Below are positions 1 to 6,653 of a stretch of DNA of 17,495 nucleotides, piece after piece. The DNA comes from a virus. Each line of letters opens with the position of its first letter. Position 1 is the stretch's first letter. The notes beneath the pieces were generated by a model that searched no databases, was not told the DNA's origin, and was given only the letters and a program-made list of their open reading frames with translations. The stretch is taken from UHGV virus genome UHGV-0117107; one strand, written 5' to 3'. The position numbers were made by a program, and so were the translations under genes.

Positions 1-2429
1 CCCGCTATTTTTAGCAATGTTCCGGCTTTAAGATTCTGTTGCCATGATTCCAAACTTCCCTTAACGCCATCAAGTATTTTTTTAACGTTATCTAAGAAAC
101 TTATTTTTTCGAATGGATCAGATAATCCTTTAATAAAGTTTCTTATGGCTAGTAATATTCCAGCAAACAATCCGCTGTTTAATACTTCGAAAATATCGCC
201 TTTACCAAAGGCATCGGCTATCATATTACCTATATCGGAAAAAGCTTCTCCGATGGCCGCGCCAACCGACTTTATAGTGTTCCATAGACCGGAAAAGAAG
301 CCAAGAAAACCTTGAAGTGTAGGAGAAATCTTAAAACTCTCAATAAGTGAGCGTCCAAACTCTGCTATTTTTGAAATCCCGTTGCTAAGAAATCCAACAA
401 TTTTATCAACTGCGTCGCCAAACAGATTTCCTTCTACTATGGAGTCTCTCACATTCGAGATAAAATCTCCAAAAGAACTCGTTGCATCCAGTATTCCTCC
501 ACCAAGTCCGGTGAAGTTTCCAATAATATCTAGAGCGCCTTTTCCAACAGCTTTAAAAGCCTCTATAACAATATCGATAGCGGAAAAGATTCCTTTAAAT
601 GTAGATTTTATTTTAGATGCAGCGCCTTCACTTACTTTTAAAGTATCAGTGAAAGCTTTGAATCTATCAATCATACTTACTACTTGGTCGACTGTAGTAG
701 GTGGAAATATCTCTCTAAAAGCTTCTTTTATCGGTTTTATTATATCTCCAAGGAATTTGAATATATTTTTCAAACCCTCTATAATTTTTTCTCTACCGCC
801 AAGCTCGGTTATTCCATCGATAAGACCATCTATGTTGTCTTTTAATTTATTCGTAGATTCGTTTGCTTCATTTAGCGCTTTTAATGTAGCGTCATCAACG
901 ATACCTGTTATTTCTAAATCGTTAGCTTCCTGAAAAGCTTTAATAGCTGACTCTGTGGCACTTCCGAAAATTCCATCAGCACCAGAATCGCCAATATCAT
1001 AGTTAAGGCTTTGTAATGCTTTTTGTACTTTTGTTACGTCGTCTCCTGTATTACCTTTCGATAAACCGGCTTCGACTCCACTTAAATCTACAAGTTCGCC
1101 TTTTAATCCGCTAACAGCTTCTTTTAAAATATCAGAAGATATGGCACCAGATTGAAAAGCTTTTTCTAGAGAACCATATTTTTTTATGATCTCGTCCATA
1201 TTAACGCCATGGTCCTCAGCAATCGATCTAACTTTTTCCTCAAAAGTATCGGTTTCTACACCAGCTTCATTTATTTTTTTTACAAGCTTATCCCAGTTAG
1301 AAGACATCGCGCCTTCCAATAATTCGTTACGAGATTTCGCTGATGATTCAACCATCTTTCCAATGGTATCTGAAATTCCAGTGAACAATTCTTTGGAGTC
1401 TTCAAAATCACCGACAAGTATTCTCCAAGTTTGACCCCATCCAGATTGGAGAGATTCTTTTACCGTATCTATCAGCTGTGTGAATGTTTTTACTTTTGTA
1501 GCAGCGTCTTCAGCGTCCTTCGCTAAAGCCATAATATCGTTTGCTTGAGATTCGCTATAACCTTGGGCAATAAGATCGGCCTTACTATATGCGCCAGACA
1601 ATTGGTTAAGAGTTTCAGTTAATACCTCGGTCGTTAACCATTCACCTTTTGTTAGGCTTTCTCTAAAGCTGCCATATGTATCAATAGCTTGTTTAGCGCC
1701 TGTTCCCAAAAGTTCAGACGTTCTAACAAGTGCGTCCTGAAATACCTTACCACCCATACCGGCATTAACAACTGAGTTCCAGTCCATAAGACTAACTTTA
1801 CCTGCCGCCAATGCCTGAGAAAGCTGATACATCGCAGTAGATGCCTGTTGAGAAGTTGATCCAGAAACTGCGGCCAAGTTCGCAATACCTTTAATAGCAT
1901 TAACTGAGGTATCAAGTTTTACACCAGCTGCTGTAAACGTACCGATATTACGAGTCATTTCCGTAAAATTGTAAATCGTCTTATCGGCATATGTATTTAG
2001 CTCATCTAAAGCCTTATTTACAATATCAACATTAGTGCCTTCCTGCCTTGTATTGGATAGAATTGTCTGAATAGCACCAATCTGAGTTTCGTATTCTTGG
2101 AAACCGCTTTTAACCGGATCTATAGTTAATGCTGATATCATACGTTTACCAGTGTTAACAGCCTGGTTAGTGATGTTTGCTAAAGCAGTTACACCAGCGA
2201 CCTGTAGTGCTGAAAATTTAGCCTGAACTGTCTCTATACCACTGCTCATTCCTGCAAAGCTAACACCTTTAGCAGCCTTACCGACATTCTCCAACCCTTT
2301 GGAGGCACCAGATAGATTTAACTTTTGTTTGAGCTTATCGAGAGTTGACATACTGGTTGCGACTCCGCTCTCAAACTGCTTATTGTCGAACCGCATCTCC
2401 AAGACTCTGTTGTCAATAGTCGTACTCAT
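1..2429 (-). CDS. Tail tape measure protein, 5' part (809 codons, 3' end beyond window start)
   Basis: This ORF is absent from the supplied track because no stop codon lies in the window. I translated the minus strand by hand from the ATG at 2429-2427 down to position 1 and found no stop. The product begins MSTTIDNRVLEMRFDNKQFESGV. It carries TP901-type tape measure motifs (YETQIGAIQTILSNT, MTRNIGTFTAAG, YQLSQALAAGKVSLMDWNSVVNAGMGG) followed by Gly/Ala/Ile-rich helical repeats. Its ATG overlaps the upstream stop (ATGA at 2426-2429). Confidence 0.85.
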   Translation of the reverse strand, partial: MSTTIDNRVLEMRFDNKQFESGVATSMSTLDKLKQKLNLSGASKGLENVGKAAKGVSFAGMSSGIETVQAKFSALQVAGVTALANITNQAVNTGKRMISALTIDPVKSGFQEYETQIGAIQTILSNTRQEGTNVDIVNKALDELNTYADKTIYNFTEMTRNIGTFTAAGVKLDTSVNAIKGIANLAAVSGSTSQQASTAMYQLSQALAAGKVSLMDWNSVVNAGMGGKVFQDALVRTSELLGTGAKQAIDTYGSFRESLTKGEWLTTEVLTETLNQLSGAYSKADLIAQGYSESQANDIMALAKDAEDAATKVKTFTQLIDTVKESLQSGWGQTWRILVGDFEDSKELFTGISDTIGKMVESSAKSRNELLEGAMSSNWDKLVKKINEAGVETDTFEEKVRSIAEDHGVNMDEIIKKYGSLEKAFQSGAISSDILKEAVSGLKGELVDLSGVEAGLSKGNTGDDVTKVQKALQSLNYDIGDSGADGIFGSATESAIKAFQEANDLEITGIVDDATLKALNEANESTNKLKDNIDGLIDGITELGGREKIIEGLKNIFKFLGDIIKPIKEAFREIFPPTTVDQVVSMIDRFKAFTDTLKVSEGAASKIKSTFKGIFSAIDIVIEAFKAVGKGALDIIGNFTGLGGGILDATSSFGDFISNVRDSIVEGNLFGDAVDKIVGFLSNGISKIAEFGRSLIESFKISPTLQGFLGFFSGLWNTIKSVGAAIGEAFSDIGNMIADAFGKGDIFEVLNSGLFAGILLAIRNFIKGLSDPFEKISFLDNVKKILDGVKGSLESWQQNLKAGTLLKIA
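873..1058 (-). other. PG_binding_1-like peptidoglycan-binding domain embedded in the tape measure protein (about aa 458-519)
   Basis: Hand translation gives KGNTGDDVTKVQKALQSLNYDIGDSGADGIFGSATESAIKAFQEANDLEITGIVDDATLKAL. This matches the classic G..G..V..LQ..L...G......DG.FG..T..AV..FQ....L...G.vd..T pattern of PG_binding_1. Confidence 0.7.
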
Positions 2430-2803
2430 ATCTTAGTAACCTCCCTCCAGGCCTCTTCTGCCATTTTGTCAAAAATAGGCTGAATCGCAGGATTGATATA
2501 ATCTCTCCCTTGAACCCAGCCTCCAGTACCAGTCCCATGACCATATTGCAAAATAATAGCGATTGGTACACCTTTATTAATGTTAGAGTTTGTAAAAGTA
2601 ATCTTTGCTGATCCGGATGTATTCTCAATTTCGTATCCCCACGATTTAGCAGTCAATCCAGATTCTACAGGAGTAGCAGACATAAGAGCAGCCACCCCTT
2701 CCCGACCATATTTGTCGAGTACGCTGAGCTTTGCATTCCCTTTAAGTTTCTCAAAATATCGAGTAACTTTAGAGAAGTCTCCCTTATGTCTGAAACTAAT
2801 CAT
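2426..2803 (-). CDS. Small virion/neck-type protein, HK97 gp10-like by eye (125 aa)
   Basis: SD AAGGAGAAAGATCAAAATG. The pattern TPVESGLTAKSW...ILQYGHGTGTGGWVQGRDYINPA resembles the HK97 gp10 family layout (TP.dtG.l..s ... E.G ... PF..pA). The stop overlaps the tape measure start. The function call is tentative. Confidence 0.45.
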   Translation of the reverse strand: MISFRHKGDFSKVTRYFEKLKGNAKLSVLDKYGREGVAALMSATPVESGLTAKSWGYEIENTSGSAKITFTNSNINKGVPIAIILQYGHGTGTGGWVQGRDYINPAIQPIFDKMAEEAWREVTKI

Positions 2804-2818
2804 TTTGATCTTTCTCCT

Positions 2819-4237
2819 TTACAGTAGCTCGTTAACTCGATCCTGAATTTTCTGAATCATGTTGTGATCGTATCCAGCTTTTGCGAGGGCATTAATTCGT
2901 GCATCTCCATTACCGTATTTTCCGGCAATGACATCACGGGCTACATTATCAATCACTATCTGATTTACTTTCTTCTGCACAGTGTCTGGATTATAACCAG
3001 CTTTCTTGAGAGCAGACACACGAGCATCACCATTACCCCATTTACCGGCGATTACTTCTTTAGCAATTTCATCGATAGATTTGGTCGGTTTTGGCGTAGA
3101 TGTAGGTTTAGATGTTGGTGCTGGTGTGGAAGAACTTTTCGCATATTTTGGTCTAGCAAAACCACGAATCATACCCCAGCCAACCGGAATGGTACGTCTT
3201 GCTACTGCTTCTCCTCTGTTACCTTCAATCGCTGTGATTTGTCCGTTTGAAACAGATTCCACATACCCGATATGATCAGAATATCCGTCGTTTGGCTGAG
3301 TCTTATCATCCCAGTTATAAACAATTACATCACCAGGTTTCGGAGTAATGGTGCCGTCCTCGACCCAAATGCCTTTCTGCTTAAAAATCTTAATATGTTC
3401 CTCACAACCAACTTCTGTACCGATGAGATCGACTGCTCCGGATTTGATAGCTGCTGCTGATACTGTACAATCACACCATTCATCATTAGGTTTAATAGCG
3501 TATCCGCGAGCCAAAGGTTTGTGAGAATTATAGATGTTAAGAATCTCAATATATTTACCGTTAGCTTCAGAATAACCGAGCCAACTTCTCATAACATTAA
3601 GAACGTCCTGTGCTGTTACACCCAATTCCGTATCCTCCTGTTTTCCGTAAAAATAGTTCATGTCGACTTTACCTTTAATACCGCCTACAGTTCCGGAACT
3701 CGTATACTGATGAACCAAACAACCGTAATCTGCTTTTCCGTTATAATCAGCGAGCCAGAATTTGTACTGTTTAATCAGATCATGATTATACCAATTTCGA
3801 TAGTAGTCGATATTTGCGTAGATTCCAGCTTTGTATCCCTGAGATTCTACGTACTCACAAAAGATTCTTGTAAAGTTATTACATTCATTTTTACCAAGTC
3901 TCACACCTTTTGCAGCTGCTTTCTTGACTGTGTCATATTCGAAATCTGCGAAGATGATTGTGTTTTTATCAAGACCAGCTTTTCTAACAACATCAACACA
4001 GAATTTTGCTTCGTCAAGTGCGCCCTGTTCGTTTAAGGCATAAATAAAATGGTAAGTTCCTATAATCGGAATCTTGTTGTTTTTACACCCATTGACATAC
4101 TCATAGAATTTTGAATCTACTGTCTTCCTGTAAGAAGATCTAAGAATCGCGAACTCTATTCCGGAGGACTTGACTTTAGAAAAATCTACATCTCCCTGCC
4201 AATAGCTGATATCAATTCCTTTCTTCACAATCATCAT
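2819..4237 (-). CDS. Modular endolysin: N-terminal GH25 muramidase, central CHAP/NlpC-P60-type cysteine peptidase, Ser/Thr/Pro linker, two C-terminal Cpl-7 (CW_7) cell-wall-binding repeats (472 aa)
   Basis: The GH25 signature GIDISYWQGDVDFSKVKSSGIEFAILRSS...DMNYFYG maps to about 3644-4225. The peptidase part has Cys in EWCDCTVSAAAIKSG, His in SDHIGYVESV and the motif AIEGN (about 3173-3625). The linker is SSSTPAPTSKPTSTPKPTKS. Two repeats of type VIAGK(W/Y)GNGDAR..AL.KAGY map to 2822-3076. The start overlaps the upstream stop (ATGA at 4234-4237). Confidence 0.9.
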   Translation of the reverse strand: MMIVKKGIDISYWQGDVDFSKVKSSGIEFAILRSSYRKTVDSKFYEYVNGCKNNKIPIIGTYHFIYALNEQGALDEAKFCVDVVRKAGLDKNTIIFADFEYDTVKKAAAKGVRLGKNECNNFTRIFCEYVESQGYKAGIYANIDYYRNWYNHDLIKQYKFWLADYNGKADYGCLVHQYTSSGTVGGIKGKVDMNYFYGKQEDTELGVTAQDVLNVMRSWLGYSEANGKYIEILNIYNSHKPLARGYAIKPNDEWCDCTVSAAAIKSGAVDLIGTEVGCEEHIKIFKQKGIWVEDGTITPKPGDVIVYNWDDKTQPNDGYSDHIGYVESVSNGQITAIEGNRGEAVARRTIPVGWGMIRGFARPKYAKSSSTPAPTSKPTSTPKPTKSIDEIAKEVIAGKWGNGDARVSALKKAGYNPDTVQKKVNQIVIDNVARDVIAGKYGNGDARINALAKAGYDHNMIQKIQDRVNELL

Positions 4238-4794
4238 CCTTTCGAATTGAATTTCTTTCTTCGAGCTGCATTCATTTCAGCATAACGACTCATTAATTCT
4301 CGCTTACTTGTCTGTTTAGGTGGCTCATTGTGAGCACTACATACCCTTATCAAAGTAATAAGTCTATTAAGATGCCATTTTTCACACTCAAATGGAATAT
4401 TGTTTGCAATCATCCAATAATATATAAGCTCTGACGTTATGATCTCTCGATTTTTCTTTCCAGATCTTCTGTCATTGATAGTAGTTGCTGTCATTGGAGC
4501 ATAAATATAGTCAGTTATTTGCTTTAAGTTATCTTCACTTAACCGACCATACACACTTGGATCAACATTCTTATTGAGTGTCATACACCTTATGTAATCT
4601 ATTGTTTCTTCAATGGTTTTCTCTTTATTTGTATAAAAAGGTTTACACCATTTTGATTCCCATTTTGAAAGAGAGATGAGTGAATGTTCTAATTGTAGTG
4701 TCTGCTCTTTCTGAGCTGGCACGGGTATAAACACTTGATTTCCTTCATCCCATAATTCGTCAGCTTCTCTAGCAGGTACTATAATCTGAATCAT
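4234..4794 (-). CDS. Hypothetical protein in the gpT / second tail-chaperone position (186 aa)
   Basis: It has its own SD GGAGGGATGAGTAATG. It sits directly after the chaperone-like gene. The basic C-terminus is RYAEMNAARRKKFNSKG. The function is inferred from position only. Confidence 0.4.
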   Translation of the reverse strand: MIQIIVPAREADELWDEGNQVFIPVPAQKEQTLQLEHSLISLSKWESKWCKPFYTNKEKTIEETIDYIRCMTLNKNVDPSVYGRLSEDNLKQITDYIYAPMTATTINDRRSGKKNREIITSELIYYWMIANNIPFECEKWHLNRLITLIRVCSAHNEPPKQTSKRELMSRYAEMNAARRKKFNSKG

Positions 4795-4823
4795 TACTCA
4801 TCCCTCCATTGTGTTCGAATTTA

Positions 4824-5237
4824 TTAAGCTCCTGGAAGCAGATTCTTTGAATTAGCTTCCTGTGCAACATCAGCCGGAACGATGCCGTTAATAAATGCCG
4901 CTGCTGCTTCTGCGTCTGTAGCAAGTTCCATGAAGAGTGTGGAATAAGCTTCTGTCTGTGAAAACTTTCTTGACAGTGGTCTTCCGTCCTCATCAAGTTT
5001 CATGAAACCTTTACCATCCGGAGCCTTTTCTCCATATGCTTTAAGAATAAGATCTTTAAAGATAGCTACGATTGTCGGAGTATCCTGTGCTGCCACGACT
5101 TTCTCAATCATCTCAGCGAATCCACCAACTGTAGATAATTCCATCTCCATAATTTCTGCTTTAGAAAGGTTGAAGTAATATGTATCTTCTCTTTCTACTC
5201 CGTTGTAATCTGTGTATTTAATAGCTTTTTTTAACAT
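4824..5237 (-). CDS. Putative tail assembly chaperone (gpG-position, 137 aa)
   Basis: SD AAAGGAGAACAACATG. This acidic small protein is the first gene after the major tail protein gene. The N-terminus KYTDYNGVEREDTYYFNLSKAEIMEMEL is typical of siphovirus chaperone families by eye. Confidence 0.55.
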   Translation of the reverse strand: MLKKAIKYTDYNGVEREDTYYFNLSKAEIMEMELSTVGGFAEMIEKVVAAQDTPTIVAIFKDLILKAYGEKAPDGKGFMKLDEDGRPLSRKFSQTEAYSTLFMELATDAEAAAAFINGIVPADVAQEANSKNLLPGA

Positions 5238-5273
5238 GTTGTTCTCCTTTCAATTTTTCAACGTTTAATAATT

Positions 5274-5308
5274 AAAAAAAAAGACCCCACCTATTGCTAA
5301 GCGGGGCC
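5274..5308 (-). terminator. Rho-independent terminator downstream of the major tail protein gene
   Basis: The minus-strand RNA reads GGCCCCGC-UUAGCAAUAG-GUGGGGUC followed by U9. The stem is six pairs including one G-U, plus flanking pairs. It lies 26 nt after the stop at 5334. Confidence 0.7.
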
Positions 5309-5333
5309 TATCGTTATTCCATTACTTAGTTAC

Positions 5334-5999
5334 TTACGCACCTGTCGTAGTTTTCATCATAGTAGCAACCTCATCCGGGAGTGGAAGTCTTGCTTCTGTA
5401 TCCTCGTCACCGTAAAGAACTGCCTCCAGTGCTGCCAGTTTAGTTGGATCAGCTGTGGTAGAGTCGATTATGAGATGAGATGTAGGTTTGAAATTAGCTA
5501 CAGATACCGGAGTAGTACTACACTCCCAGGACATAGTAGCCGCTTCCGGACTATCATTTACAGTCGCACGAGATACTTCGGAAGGAGCTGCAAGAGCACC
5601 GTATACCAGATGCAGTTTGTAACCATGTGATTCGCCCTCTGTATCATTACCAATAAGGCTTCGATAAGATAAACCGAAATTTTTACGTTTCTGCTGTCCA
5701 ATCTTAACGCCGGTTGCAATTTCTCCTTCACCGTTACATTCTGCGAATTCATCGGGATACATATAAGCTTCGATTGTGAAACCAAATTCCTCAGCGGACA
5801 TAAGTGTCACATACTTAATGTTATCTGCATAGAGCGGTGTCGGTTCTGCTCCAGATGGTGATTCTGTTACAGCTGTAAGACCATTCCATGCTGCTCCTTT
5901 CGGATAGTTTCCATCAGTTCCCATTGGATAAATTACGCCATGATCGACGCCAGTTTCAAACAAACGTTCGCCTGTTGCGTCCCATACAAGTTTAGCCAT
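5334..5999 (-). CDS. Major tail (tube) protein (221 aa)
   Basis: SD AAGGAGGAAATCAAATATG. The N-terminus MAKLVWDATGERLFETGVDHGVIYP...AAWNGLTAVTESPSGAEPTPLYADN...EEFGFTIEAYMYPDEF matches by eye the widespread siphovirus major tail subunit pattern. The position before the chaperones and the terminator behind it fit an abundant product. Confidence 0.7.
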   Translation of the reverse strand: MAKLVWDATGERLFETGVDHGVIYPMGTDGNYPKGAAWNGLTAVTESPSGAEPTPLYADNIKYVTLMSAEEFGFTIEAYMYPDEFAECNGEGEIATGVKIGQQKRKNFGLSYRSLIGNDTEGESHGYKLHLVYGALAAPSEVSRATVNDSPEAATMSWECSTTPVSVANFKPTSHLIIDSTTADPTKLAALEAVLYGDEDTEARLPLPDEVATMMKTTTGA

Positions 6000-6013
6000 A
6001 TTTGATTTCCTCC

Positions 6014-6334
6014 TTAATAATATAGCGTTAATACATCGTGATTGAGATTATCGGCTTTATACAGCCTATCGTAAGAGCAGTATGGAAGTTCCATAAGCTT
6101 CTGTATAACAGGATTATCCGGTAATTTACTAATCACGGTAATGTCATATTTCCTACGTGTTAAATATGTTGAGTTGTTAGCTTTCATGGTTTCGATATCA
6201 CTTAATGAATACACAATAGCTGGATAACTCATTTGAAGTGACGCTGGGGGTTGATAGAAAACCTGGTTACTACCAAGAAGTTCTTCAAGTTTCGCTTGTA
6301 GTTCTAATCTACTAGCCACGCCACACACCCCCAA
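6014..6334 (-). CDS. Neck / tail-completion-type protein (about 101-106 aa)
   Basis: The track start at 6334 is a TTG. A GTG at 6319 preceded by GGGGGTG is an equally plausible start. The motif VFYQPPASLQMSYPAIVYS...DNLNHDVLTLYY resembles a conserved small protein found just upstream of major tail genes in Gram-positive siphophages. The function is inferred from position. Confidence 0.4.
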   Translation of the reverse strand: MGVCGVASRLELQAKLEELLGSNQVFYQPPASLQMSYPAIVYSLSDIETMKANNSTYLTRRKYDITVISKLPDNPVIQKLMELPYCSYDRLYKADNLNHDVLTLYY

Positions 6335-6629
6335 TCGATAATATCAGTCTAGGATACTGAACTTCGACGTCTGTCACTTTCCATTTCTCATTTGAGAATT
6401 CAATCCAAGTCATGGCAGATACATGATCTCTGGCGTAGGGATCGGCCACTATACTAATCTGGTTTGAGATATTAATATCATCGTTAACGTTTCCAGAATT
6501 CTGCCGTTTCCACCGATTGCTCATGATATCACCAAAATACTGACGTTCGACGATTTCATCTTCTATCCAGACACCAGGCTCAACCTCGCCAGTATAAGTA
6601 AATCCGATCTTCCCACACCATTTATTCAT
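6312..6629 (-). CDS. Head-tail adaptor / head-closure-type protein (105 aa)
   Basis: SD GGAGTGATAGAACATG. It is the first gene after the capsid gene, and its size and position are typical of head completion proteins. No strong motif was recognised. Confidence 0.35.
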   Translation of the reverse strand: MNKWCGKIGFTYTGEVEPGVWIEDEIVERQYFGDIMSNRWKRQNSGNVNDDINISNQISIVADPYARDHVSAMTWIEFSNEKWKVTDVEVQYPRLILSIGGVWRG

Positions 6630-6653
6630 GTTCTATCACTCCATTTTGAATTG

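Noticed and set aside
1652-2628. Minus-strand ORFs 1652-1915 and 2413-2628 in alternative frames
   Set aside because: They are nested out of frame inside the tape measure and gp10-like genes. Their sequences are not protein-like. The long frame I hand-translated from 2429 to 1 explains the region.
2804-4794. Holin or spanin partner adjacent to the endolysin
   Set aside because: Neither neighbour (186 aa upstream, 125 aa downstream) has hydrophobic transmembrane stretches. No small membrane-protein ORF fits in the 15-nt gap or the overlap.
4769-5237. Possible gpG/gpT-style programmed frameshift joining the 137-aa chaperone gene to the downstream ORF or to ORF 4769-4996
   Set aside because: The 186-aa gene is in the -1 frame relative to the chaperone gene, but a TGA sits two codons upstream of its ATG (TGA GTA ATG) and it has its own SD. 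ORF 4769-4996 is in the +1 frame and looks like noise. The chaperone gene ends in tandem TAA TAA, and I saw no slippery heptamer.
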